Shown here in pieces: positions 1-7,341 of a DNA stretch of 10,681 nt. The notes below the pieces were generated by a model. That model ran no database searches. It was not told where the DNA came from and saw nothing but the letters and a program-made list of their open reading frames with translations. The stretch is taken from IMG/VR virus record IMGVR_UViG_2713896775_000011, positions 1 through 10,681 of that record; one strand, 5' to 3'. A program made the position numbers and the translations under genes. Numbering within the stretch: position 1 is the stretch's first letter; each line of letters opens with the position of its first letter. This DNA is from a virus (Duplodnaviria > Heunggongvirae > Uroviricota > Caudoviricetes).

Positions 1-258
1 GGAGGCGTACCGAATATTGGCGATATCCGCATCACTGGTGGAGATGGAGGCGACGGTCAGTCCGGAAATATCGGCGTCAGCGGTGAAGGCGGAACATCGC
101 ACTGGGGCGGCGGTGGACGCGCAGGCGCTGGCGGTGGTGTTAGTGGTAAGGCATATGGTTCAGGTGGCGGTGGCGCATACGATGCCGGTTATAGCGGAAC
201 CAGTATGACAGGCGGGAAAGGTGCTGCTGGGATTTGTATTATCGAGGAGTTTGCATAA
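1..258 (+). CDS. Tail fibre protein, C-terminal fragment (5' end lies outside the window); glycine-rich distal region
   Basis: Frame 1 is open from the window edge to TAA at 256-258 and translates to GGVPNIGDIRITGGDGGDGQSGNIGVSGEGG...GKGAAGICIIEEFA. The stop overlaps the ATG of the downstream assembly gene (TAATG), the usual fibre/chaperone arrangement. Assignment rests on position and composition, not on a recognised motif. Confidence 0.5.
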   Translation, partial: GGVPNIGDIRITGGDGGDGQSGNIGVSGEGGTSHWGGGGRAGAGGGVSGKAYGSGGGGAYDAGYSGTSMTGGKGAAGICIIEEFA

Positions 259-668
259 TGAATGCGTCATATGCAGTTATTGAAAATGGGATGCTTGTGA
301 ATGTCATTGTCTGGGATGGCGAGGATGAATTCACAGTGCCGGATAATCAGCAGCTCATTAATATTTCTGATATCAGTGAGCATCCCGGAATCGGCTGGGC
401 GTATTCAGACGGGGGATTTACTGCGCCGCTCCCTCCGGAACGTTCTCATGATGAACTGGTAGCTGACGCTGAACAGAAAAAACAGTCGCTGATAGACGCA
501 GCAATGACCAATATCAGCGTGATTCAGTTAAAGCTGCAGGCCGGGCGCAAACTGACGCAAGAAGAAACTACCCGACTTAACGTTGTGCTGGATTATATCG
601 ACGCTGTGACGGCAACAGATACCAGCACCGCACCGGATGTCATCTGGCCTGAACTGCCGGAGGAGTAG
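258..668 (+). CDS. Tail fibre assembly protein (Tfa / P2 gpG-like chaperone), 136 aa
   Basis: ATG at 258-260 (the ORF track start at 234 is a TTG). The C-terminal half (...AEQKKQSLIDAA...TATDTSTAPDVIWPELPEE) matches the conserved Tfa C-terminal domain ending in a (D/S)TS-APD-I-WP motif; the N-terminal ~60 aa is divergent. Stop TAG at 666-668. Confidence 0.8.
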   Translation: MNASYAVIENGMLVNVIVWDGEDEFTVPDNQQLINISDISEHPGIGWAYSDGGFTAPLPPERSHDELVADAEQKKQSLIDAAMTNISVIQLKLQAGRKLTQEETTRLNVVLDYIDAVTATDTSTAPDVIWPELPEE

Positions 669-795
669 GCCATTCAATATCTGGCGCACTGGAGGTATCA
701 ACCAGCTCCAGTGCATCCAGATAATCCAGCCACAGATTAAACTGCACTTTTCATCATCAGGCAATCGTCCAGGCGCGAGCCTGGATGCTGGCATC
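640..795 (-). pseudogene. Remnant of a second, inverted tail fibre assembly gene (tfa'), 5'-truncated and frameshifted
   Basis: Minus strand 750->640 translates KVQFNLWLDYLDALELVDTSSAPDIEWPTPPAVQAR*, the canonical Tfa C-terminus. It is preceded by three in-frame TGA codons (759-751); an upstream Tfa-like segment (...LPDDEK) sits in another frame, implying a frameshift near 751-757. Its 3' end overlaps the + strand tfa by about 29 bp, convergently. Confidence 0.45.
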
Positions 796-827
796 TCTGC
801 CCAATTTAAATTTGAGAGGTAATTATG

Positions 828-1303
828 TTAACAGTTAATCCACCAGTATGTGCCGGGTGCCTGCGGGTAAGTGGCGGCGGCAACCTCGTGAACCATCCCC
901 CAATCCAGAGCTGTGGAGGCATTGGCTATGGTGGCGGCGGAGATAACCTCCTTCCACTCATTGCGGCTCTTACTGAGCTCAATCTGACTCTCCAAAATAT
1001 CGACAAAACGCTCCAGGTCATTATTGAGACACGCGCTCCACTCACTGACGCGTGAGTGATCCACGCTTGGGCCCATCAAGCCCCAGTGAAAAGGATGCAG
1101 TAAGAACCGACTCCCAGGATTCGCCTTACGTTCAGACCCTGCAAGAAAAATGATATTAGCGACTGATTCAACATTGCTAAGGTTATGGGTCTTTACTGGG
1201 ATTGGTAGGGCCTTTAGAAAGTGATAAGCAGTAAAACCTGCAACGAGGTCACCGCCCGGACTGGAAATGTAAATGTTTAACTCAGTCGCCCCCTGATTGA
1301 TAG
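828..1303 (-). pseudogene. ClpP-fold (Clp protease-like) serine peptidase, 5'-truncated fragment
   Basis: The minus-strand ORF contains NIYISSPGGDLVAGFTAYHF...VESVANIIFLAGSERKANPGSRFLLHPF...ALDWGMVHEV, which aligns with the ClpP core (YINSPGG...AG...Y...GQAASMGAFLLTAG...SRVMIHQP...EYGLVD), including the Ser and His positions. Only about 25 residues precede the SPGG motif, against roughly 90 in ClpP. The only in-frame start is a GTG at 1358 with no SD, lying inside the invertase remnant. Confidence 0.55.
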
Positions 1304-1543
1304 CTCCGAGAACTGATTGTTGAACGAACAAAAGCTGGCCTGGAAGCTGCTCGCGCACAGGGACGAATTGGTGGACGACGTCCCAAACTTACACCAGAAC
1401 AATGGGCGCAGACGGGTAGGTTAATAGCGGCAGGGGAATCGCGCCGGAGGGTTGCCATAATTTATGATGTTGGGATATCTACGCTTTACAAAAAATTCCC
1501 AGCGACCAGAGATAAGAATTCCGGCACGCATGGCCGGTTATAA
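1304..1543 (+). pseudogene. Serine-recombinase DNA invertase (Pin/Gin/Hin family), C-terminal remnant only; catalytic domain absent
   Basis: Frame 2 from 1304 (directly after TAG 1301-1303) to TAA 1541-1543 reads LRELIVERTKAGLEAARAQGRIGGRRPKLTPEQWAQTGRLIAAGESRRRVAIIYDVGISTLYKKFPATRDKNSGTHGRL. This closely matches the C-terminal hinge and HTH domain of Gin/Pin as I remember them. There is no start codon, and no frame upstream carries the N-terminal catalytic domain. Confidence 0.85.
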
Positions 1544-1628
1544 CCGTGCTGGCCGTGTGTATCGAGTACGGTCACTTTTAACGGTGCTGTAGCACGGTCA
1601 GTTATGGTGGTGTATTACGGAAGACGAA

Positions 1629-1650
1629 GCGGGCAATGGCCCGCTTTTCT
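1629..1650 (+). terminator. Rho-independent terminator-like hairpin (gcgggc-aatg-gcccgc followed by TTTTCTT)
   Basis: Perfect 6-bp GC-rich stem at 1629-1634 / 1639-1644 followed by a T-tract on the + strand. It lies just downstream of the invertase remnant and abuts the stop codon of U. Confidence 0.4.
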
Positions 1651-2099
1651 TATATCGAAAGGTTGGTTTTCACCAGAGAGAAGAGATCGTCGGTGGTGGT
1701 TTCAGCCAGCTTTTCCCGTATGTCCTCGCTTACCCGTTTCAGGTTGAGCGTGAAATCAATTTTCTTTGCCTTCCCGTCCTTAAAAAACTCCGTCCGGTTT
1801 TGCGTGATCTGCTCAATTACATACATGCCGTAGATCCTGCCCGTGCCTTCTATCAGGGGCCACGGGCGCCCGGAAAAAGCCATAGTTTCCAGCATGACAA
1901 GCGACACATCACCGCCGCTTATTTCGGGGTACAGCGTGCCGCTGAGTACGAACGGTTCTTCATCTGCGCCGATGAACTGATAGCGCGGGGATTTCCCCAC
2001 GCGATCGTTTTTGACGTGCCGCCAGGAGTTGGTTTTATTCGCACTCTGGTAAGGTGTGGTTTGCAGTGAAAAGGGGAACATCCCCAGAATCATCATCAT
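1650..2099 (-). CDS. U: Phage tail protein gpU (P2 U-like), 149 aa
   Basis: MMMILGMFPFSLQTTPYQ...SWRH...FIGADEEPFVLSGTLYPEISGG...RPWPLIEGTGRIYGMYVI resembles P2 gpU as recalled. It sits immediately downstream of the tape measure gene with a 9-nt gap and an AAGG SD. Confidence 0.85.
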   Translation of the reverse strand: MMMILGMFPFSLQTTPYQSANKTNSWRHVKNDRVGKSPRYQFIGADEEPFVLSGTLYPEISGGDVSLVMLETMAFSGRPWPLIEGTGRIYGMYVIEQITQNRTEFFKDGKAKKIDFTLNLKRVSEDIREKLAETTTDDLFSLVKTNLSI

Positions 2100-2108
2100 G
2101 ATATTGCC

Positions 2109-5054
2109 TTAGACGTGATCGGTCAGTTGGGAGCGCTTGCGCCGGTCGGCCTGTTGCTTCGCTAACGCAAGTTCTTCGCGCACGCGCCTGATAATGGTTT
2201 CTTCATCCAGTTTCTGGCCGCTAAAGTCGAAGTTAAGGTTATATACATCGCCACCCGGAGCAGGCATCAGCGCAGCGACGGAAGCCGCAGACGGAGACGC
2301 CGAAACAGGCATCCGTGCGGCGGGCTTCTCAACCTGCCAAGGCGTAACGGAAGCGATCAGCGATCCGGCCTGCTGCGTCACCCAATCCGTAAGGGATGGT
2401 AGCTGGCGCTGCGCCTGCTTAAGCGGTTCCGAATATCCGCCCCGGATCGGGATATAGGGCTGCTTATTCTTGAAGACGATTTCGCCGGGCCCGTCTTTCT
2501 TCTCCGTGGTATTGGTGGCGATCTTGTCCAGGCTGCTGCTCATCTTCGGCACGATGTTGGCCGGGCCCTTGAGCGAGTTAATTAAGCTTTCCTGCTTTTT
2601 CTGCTGGTCAATGGCCTGCTGTTGCTTCTGGTTGGTTTTCTTCTGCTGATCGTCTTTCGGCGACCAGTTCCAACCCTTTTTAACCATTTTCTTTTGCTGC
2701 GGATCCCACTCCCAGACAACAGGGTCTTTGTGCATACTTTCCGCAGCTTGCTGCGCTGCTTTTGTTGCGTCGGGGATGGCGCCGAGTTTCTCAAGTATCC
2801 ATCCAATCCCGTTAGCGACGGCTTGAATAGGTAGCGTCAGCGCGCTAATTGCGGCCCCTACAACCTTGCCGAACGTTTCCCCGGCACTGGTGCAGGATGC
2901 CAGCGCTTCACTGGAAAACTGGATCGGTTCCAGCAGTTTGGTAAACCATTCCCAGACCCCACTGATCGCGTTGCCGATACTGTCAAAAATCGGGGCCAGT
3001 GGTGCAAATACGGCGTTAAATGCCTGCGTGATTGGTTGAAGGCCAGTCATCAGGCCGGTAAAGAAGCCGCTGAAAAACGCCTGTATGGGTTGCCAGAATT
3101 TAATGACGGCCACTGCTGCCGCAGCAAAGAGCGCAATCAGCCCCCAGACGGGCGCAGAAATACCAGCCAGTAGAGTAATAAGCGGGCCGAATACCATGCG
3201 ACCGGCGCTTAATAATGCCTGCATAGGCGAGCCAGCAAGCCACTGGAACGCACCACCCAGGCGCATTACTCCGCCAGTCAGCCGCGCTATTCCTCCTTCC
3301 CCAGCCAGCGTGGTGAAGCTGAGGCGAACAAGTGCCATCGGGCCCAGCACTGCGCCGATGGACAGCATCAGGCCACCCACGACAACCAGCAACGCGCCTA
3401 TGGCTGCGGTGACTTTCATGATTGAACCAACCAGCGCCGGGTTTGCCTCAACCCAACGCCGGACGCTGCCAACCACCTTACTGACGGTAAGCATGATATC
3501 CATCAGCGGTTCGCGGAGCGTTTCCCCTGCTGAACTGAATGCGTTAACCGCGCCGGTTTTGGTCAGTTGCCACTGAGCAGAAAGGGAGGCTTTATTGATA
3601 TCGGATTCCCGATTCATGGAACCTTTAGCGGCAGCACCCTGCGTCAGTTCGATCTGGCGCCGAAGTTCGGGCAGGTTGTTCGCAAGTTTCTGTGCATCAT
3701 CCCCGAACTCTTTACCGAAAATCTGGGTAAGGTTGGCTACCTGCTTATCTGGTGCAAGTTTTTTGGACGCTTCCAGCACTGAAATGATCGTGCCCATCGC
3801 GTCCACTGACATGCTTTTCTGGACTTTCTCAGCATTGACGCCGATCTCATCCAGAGCACCCAAAAATTTATCGCTTTGTACTGTGGCGATCGACAGTTCA
3901 CGCACCATTGCATTGGTGGCGCTGGCTGCAACTTCGGCAGGTGATCCAAGCGTCAGAAAGGTGGAGCCCAGCGCGGCGGCTTGCTTGTAATCCAGTTGGC
4001 TGGCAAGCCCGCCAACGCGCTGGAGCACGTCGATAATATCGGAGCCTTTCGACTTCGCGTTATCGTCCAGGTAGTTTATGGCGTCGCCCAACTGTTCAAT
4101 ATTCTGGGTAGGGATTTTATACAGCCCGGCAATCTTACCGAGACTTTCAGAAAGCTGATCGGCGGGCAGTTCAAAGGCTACCGAAGCCTTTGCCGCCATG
4201 CTGGCAAAAGCCAGCAGATCGGCTTTTTGCTTTTGCCACGGATCATTGCTGTTTGCGACGCCCATACGCGCGCCACCTTCGACCAGTGCGGCATAGTCAA
4301 CAGCACCGTTTGCCATTGGCAGCTTTTCGCTGGCATCCATGATCGCCCGCTGCATTTCTTCATATTGCGGGGTGCGGTTGCCGCTGTCGTCACGCAAGCC
4401 GTTTACCTGTTTGGCTACGCCCTTCATTGCGTCTTCAAGGCTGCTGTAGGATTTAACCGCAGCGGCGACAGGTGCTAGGGTTGCCGCCCCTACTGCGGCG
4501 GTTTTCATCCCCCCGCTCATCATCTTTTCGCCGGTTTCTTTGGCGCGGCTGTAACGGGCCTGCGCCTGGTTAACAGCGTCAAGCCGTCGCTGCTGTTCGG
4601 CAAGCTGGCGGTTGTATTGCGCGGTGCGCTGGTTGATCTGTTCCGTCGCCCGGCTGGCGCTGCTGATCGCAATGCCTTCGCTGTAGAAGCTGGCCCGCAA
4701 CTGGTTAAGCTGCGTCTGCTCGCCTTTCTGCTGCTGGGTTAACTGGCGAATGGCTGCACGTTGCTGATTGAGGGCGGCAACCTGTTCGGCGCTGCGCTGG
4801 CGTAACGGGCCATAGGCCGCCGCCATTTGCCGGGCCTGTTCTTTCGCCTGGGCCAGTTGTTCGGTGGTTTTTTTATTGGCTGCGGTGAGGCGGTCAAAGC
4901 TGGTTGCCTGACGCTCAAGCCCTTTAATGCTGGTTTTAGTCTGGTTGATTTGAGACGCCAACGCGGCGGCACTCTGGCGCGCCGCGTTGACAGGGCGGGA
5001 CATATTATTCAGGGCGCTGAATGCCACCCTGATATTTAAATTGCGGTCTGCCAT
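2109..5054 (-). CDS. T: Tail tape measure protein (P2 gpT-like), 981 aa
   Basis: Long ORF in the T position between E/E' and U. It has a coiled-coil, Q/A-rich N-terminus, a central hydrophobic helix-rich segment and a K/Q-rich C-terminal part. ATG at 5052-5054 is immediately preceded by the E' stop; a GGAG-type SD lies upstream. Confidence 0.9.
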   Translation of the reverse strand: MADRNLNIRVAFSALNNMSRPVNAARQSAAALASQINQTKTSIKGLERQATSFDRLTAANKKTTEQLAQAKEQARQMAAAYGPLRQRSAEQVAALNQQRAAIRQLTQQQKGEQTQLNQLRASFYSEGIAISSASRATEQINQRTAQYNRQLAEQQRRLDAVNQAQARYSRAKETGEKMMSGGMKTAAVGAATLAPVAAAVKSYSSLEDAMKGVAKQVNGLRDDSGNRTPQYEEMQRAIMDASEKLPMANGAVDYAALVEGGARMGVANSNDPWQKQKADLLAFASMAAKASVAFELPADQLSESLGKIAGLYKIPTQNIEQLGDAINYLDDNAKSKGSDIIDVLQRVGGLASQLDYKQAAALGSTFLTLGSPAEVAASATNAMVRELSIATVQSDKFLGALDEIGVNAEKVQKSMSVDAMGTIISVLEASKKLAPDKQVANLTQIFGKEFGDDAQKLANNLPELRRQIELTQGAAAKGSMNRESDINKASLSAQWQLTKTGAVNAFSSAGETLREPLMDIMLTVSKVVGSVRRWVEANPALVGSIMKVTAAIGALLVVVGGLMLSIGAVLGPMALVRLSFTTLAGEGGIARLTGGVMRLGGAFQWLAGSPMQALLSAGRMVFGPLITLLAGISAPVWGLIALFAAAAVAVIKFWQPIQAFFSGFFTGLMTGLQPITQAFNAVFAPLAPIFDSIGNAISGVWEWFTKLLEPIQFSSEALASCTSAGETFGKVVGAAISALTLPIQAVANGIGWILEKLGAIPDATKAAQQAAESMHKDPVVWEWDPQQKKMVKKGWNWSPKDDQQKKTNQKQQQAIDQQKKQESLINSLKGPANIVPKMSSSLDKIATNTTEKKDGPGEIVFKNKQPYIPIRGGYSEPLKQAQRQLPSLTDWVTQQAGSLIASVTPWQVEKPAARMPVSASPSAASVAALMPAPGGDVYNLNFDFSGQKLDEETIIRRVREELALAKQQADRRKRSQLTDHV

Positions 5055-5515
5055 TTAGTGATCTCCACCACTGCGCGCAGCCGCCTGATCACGCCATAAC
5101 AGTATTTCCTGTACCGTCATGGCGTCCATCTCTACCGGCCGCCAGTGGAATATGACGGCGATATCTGCCATCAGGTCTTCTATGCGTTCGCAGGGGCATC
5201 GGATGATTCGTTGCCCGTATCCGTCGCGGTCAGATCCGAAGAGGGTTGCAAAAAATCAACCACCGCGTTGGCTAGCTGGCAAAAATCCCAGGTATCCATA
5301 CGGGCAATCTCATCGGCGGTTAGTGCCGGAGCGGTAACGCGGGGCAGCAGAATAACCAGCGCGTCATAGTTGGAAGTCAGCACGTCATAGGCTTTTAAGC
5401 CGCGCAGTGATCCAGCCTGTTTAAGCACGGAAGTGATCGCCACTTCGGTGATTTTGGTCTTACCGCGCGTAATAGGGGCGGTAAGAATAACGGTGTTTTC
5501 TTTGGTCTTGCTCAT
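5055..5515 (-). CDS. E': gpE+E' fusion product made by programmed -1 ribosomal frameshift (about 152 aa)
   Basis: The slippery heptamer TTTTTTG lies on the minus strand at + coordinates 5249-5255, inside E codons 88-89. The -1 frame from 5249 stays open for 64 codons (ATLFGSDRDGYGQRIIRCPCERIEDLMADIAVIFHWRPVEMDAMTVQEILLWRDQAAARSGGDH) and stops at TAA 5055-5057, directly abutting the T start codon. Confidence 0.7.
5180..5515 (-). CDS. E: Tail assembly chaperone gpE (P2 E-like), 110 aa
   Basis: MSKTKENTVILTAPITRGKTKITEVAIT...LRGL...ALVILLPRVTAPALTADE resembles P2 gpE. AGGAAA SD upstream; stop TAG at 5180-5182. Confidence 0.85.
   Translation of the reverse strand: MSKTKENTVILTAPITRGKTKITEVAITSVLKQAGSLRGLKAYDVLTSNYDALVILLPRVTAPALTADEIARMDTWDFCQLANAVVDFLQPSSDLTATDTGNESSDAPANA
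5249..5255 (-). promoter_or_regulatory. -1 programmed frameshift slippery site (TTTTTTG) for E/E'
   Basis: Heptamer read directly on the minus strand within E; its position near the E 3' end and the open -1 frame match the P2 E/E' and lambda G/GT paradigm. Confidence 0.65.
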
Positions 5516-5529
5516 GGTGCCGGGTTTCC

Positions 5530-6045
5530 TTATAGGCCGATGTTAGCGCGGTGTTTTTCCAGCACATCCACACCGGCAACTTTGTAGATCATGTTGAGCA
5601 CATCAACTTCGATAATCTCTTCGCCGTTGATGGTCAGCTTGTAATAGGTGTTTTTCAGGGTGTACTTATGCGAAGTGTCATCCCCGACTTTTGCCGAACC
5701 GGGATCCAGTTCAGTGAAGCGGCCACGCGTCTGGATTTCGCACGGTACAGCGTCGCCGGTTGCGTCGTCCTGATAGGAGCCAGCAAAACGTGTTTGCATC
5801 CCGTCCGCAGTGGTAACGCCCCATTTTTTCAGCAATCCGGCATCCAGACCGCCAAGCGTGATATCCATATCCAGGGCGCCAGCGTCGAAGCCAAGATCCA
5901 CCGCAACCGAACCCGGCATACCACCCGCCTGGTAGTCTTCGGTTTTTTTTGTGAGTTTGGCGGGGGTGATTTCCGGCACCATGCCGAAGTAGTTATCCCC
6001 GTCAAAGAACATATTGAAATATTTGAGTTTCTTAGGCAGTGCCAT
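5530..6045 (-). CDS. FII: Tail tube protein (P2 gpFII-like), 171 aa
   Basis: MALPKKLKYFNMFFDGDNYFGMVPEITPAKLTKK...RFAGSYQDD...LEKHRANIGL resembles P2 FII, including the ...HR.NIGL C-terminus. It lies 12 nt downstream of FI. Confidence 0.9.
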   Translation of the reverse strand: MALPKKLKYFNMFFDGDNYFGMVPEITPAKLTKKTEDYQAGGMPGSVAVDLGFDAGALDMDITLGGLDAGLLKKWGVTTADGMQTRFAGSYQDDATGDAVPCEIQTRGRFTELDPGSAKVGDDTSHKYTLKNTYYKLTINGEEIIEVDVLNMIYKVAGVDVLEKHRANIGL

Positions 6046-6057
6046 AAGCGCCCCCGG

Positions 6058-7251
6058 TTAGTTATTCACTGCGCTGGAAAACGTAGCGAAATATTCGTCG
6101 GTGAACTCCTGTACCAGGCTGAGATTTTCCAGCGGTGGAACAGGGGTGTAGTTGTACTTAATGGTCAGTTGACCATTGCGCAGGGTTTCCGAGGTATTCG
6201 GTTCCGGGTCATACCAGCAGCGGGCGCCCAGCAGCTTGCCAGCCGTCACATATGAGGTCAGCTTCTTATTGATGCCGTCCACAATGTCCTTAACCAGCGA
6301 CGGGGTAAGCGGTTTATCAACATAGGCGAAATGGGCTTCGGCGACGGTATCCGCAACGATCTGCGCGGTTCGGGTATAGCTTTCGAAGATATACGTTTCC
6401 GCGTCGCAGGTACGCGATCCCCAGATGCGGTAGCCGTCCTGCTTGATCAGCGTGGTAACGCCTGCTGCGTTCAGTTCGTCGGCGTCGGTATCGGTGCCCT
6501 GCAACGTGAAATAGATATCCCGATCCATCCCCAGCACGTTATTAACGGGCACGTTGGAAATGGTTTTATGCCAGCCCTGCGTTGCGTCGATTTTGGCGCG
6601 CATCCCAACAGCATGGGCACCCACGGGCACGGTGGCATTGGCCCCGGCGTTGGTGTCGTAGCAGATGAAATTAGGCCAGATAACCATCATTTCACGCTGG
6701 GAGAACTGTTCGCGGTATTCCTTCACTTCGGCGATTGTGTTGCAGCCGTTCGCAGCCACGTAAGCAAATGCGCGCAGCTTTTCGGCAATGACGCCGAGTT
6801 GTGCGGCTACCGCTTCCGTATCAAGCCCAGGAACAGCCAGTACACGCGGGCGCACGCCTACGCGCATTTCGGCAGACAGCAGCGCGTACATGCCGGTAAA
6901 GCGCCCGTTTGCATCGGTGCCGCCAATAACCAGTTGATCCTGTGTCTGTGCGGTACCGCCTTCTGGTGGAACAATTTTTGACGCATCGGCAACGCGGATC
7001 ACAATGGTTTGCGGGCTGGTCTGGTCTGAAATCGCTTTCAGGGTGGTAAACAGGGTGCCGGTTTTACCTGCCTTGCCCAGCATGTTAGCCACGCGGGTGA
7101 TCAGTACAGGGGTATCCAGCGGGAACGCTGTTTCGTCCGCATCATCAGCGGTGCAGACAACGCCGATCACCGCCGAATCAATGTCGGTGATCATCGTGCT
7201 AAGGTCGGTGGTTTCCGTGACGGTTACACCGTGATGGTAGTTAGTGGCCAT
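6058..7251 (-). CDS. FI: Contractile tail sheath protein (P2 gpFI-like), 397 aa
   Basis: MATNYHHGVTV...VIGVVCTADDAD...VPGLDTEAVAAQL...KLRAFAYVA...WHKT.SNV...YTPVPPLENL matches P2 FI (MSDYHHGVQV...) along its length as recalled. GAGG SD upstream of ATG 7249-7251. Confidence 0.9.
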   Translation of the reverse strand: MATNYHHGVTVTETTDLSTMITDIDSAVIGVVCTADDADETAFPLDTPVLITRVANMLGKAGKTGTLFTTLKAISDQTSPQTIVIRVADASKIVPPEGGTAQTQDQLVIGGTDANGRFTGMYALLSAEMRVGVRPRVLAVPGLDTEAVAAQLGVIAEKLRAFAYVAANGCNTIAEVKEYREQFSQREMMVIWPNFICYDTNAGANATVPVGAHAVGMRAKIDATQGWHKTISNVPVNNVLGMDRDIYFTLQGTDTDADELNAAGVTTLIKQDGYRIWGSRTCDAETYIFESYTRTAQIVADTVAEAHFAYVDKPLTPSLVKDIVDGINKKLTSYVTAGKLLGARCWYDPEPNTSETLRNGQLTIKYNYTPVPPLENLSLVQEFTDEYFATFSSAVNN

Positions 7252-7323
7252 GTATTTGCCTCGCCAGTTTAATGACTGCGAATATCATTGCGGCAATGGC
7301 AGGCCGATGCGATGAATAAGGGT

Positions 7324-7341
7324 TGTCAGCAACCTGCAACA
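7324..7341. promoter_or_regulatory. Ogr-type late-promoter activator site: dyad TGT-N12-ACA
   Basis: tgt(7324-7326)-cagcaacctgca-aca(7339-7341) matches the TGT-N12-ACA element of P2 late promoters. Its centre lies 81 bp from the FI ATG and 76 bp from the D ATG, between the two divergent genes. Confidence 0.4.

Noticed and set aside
17-208. 63-aa ORF in frame 2 at the window start
   Set aside because: Alternative frame of the GC-rich, Gly-codon-repeat fibre sequence; frame 1 is open across the whole region and is translationally coupled to tfa.
528-822. Minus ORF 528-794 and plus ORF 637-822 across the tfa/tfa' junction
   Set aside because: They overlap the tfa coding region or are out-of-frame read-through of the frameshifted tfa' remnant; they carry no independent signal.
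825-1055. + strand 76-aa ORF (MLTVNPPVCAGCLRVSGGG...) with a textbook RBS (GAGAGG 5 nt upstream of the ATG)
   Set aside because: It is exactly antisense to the C-terminal part of the ClpP-fold homology on the minus strand, and its glycine-rich low-complexity sequence is what reverse-complemented coding DNA gives. A passing VCAGC resemblance to an invertase N-terminus does not extend. Expression is not excluded.
1358-1358. ORF-track start of the ClpP-like ORF at 1358
   Set aside because: The codon is GTG, has no SD, and lies antisense inside the invertase remnant; the first 18 residues are not part of the protease homology.
1636-2069. + strand ORFs 1636-1833 and 1800-2069
   Set aside because: Antisense to U, which has clear gpU similarity; the 1636 ATG sits in the loop of the terminator hairpin.
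2137-5039. Many nested ORFs of 70-165 aa on both strands inside the tape measure gene
   Set aside because: All lie within or antisense to the 981-aa T reading frame; typical alternative-frame ORFs of a long GC-rich gene.
5119-5369. + strand ORFs 5119-5337 and 5145-5369
   Set aside because: Antisense to E and the E' extension, which is the real overlapping frame here.
5551-6981. + strand ORFs 5551-6255 (234 aa) and 6331-6981 (216 aa)
   Set aside because: Antisense to FII and FI, both of which have strong full-length similarity to the P2 tube and sheath proteins.
7004-7234. + strand 76-aa ORF 7004-7234
   Set aside because: Antisense to the 5' part of FI, whose N-terminus matches P2 FI; no independent signal.
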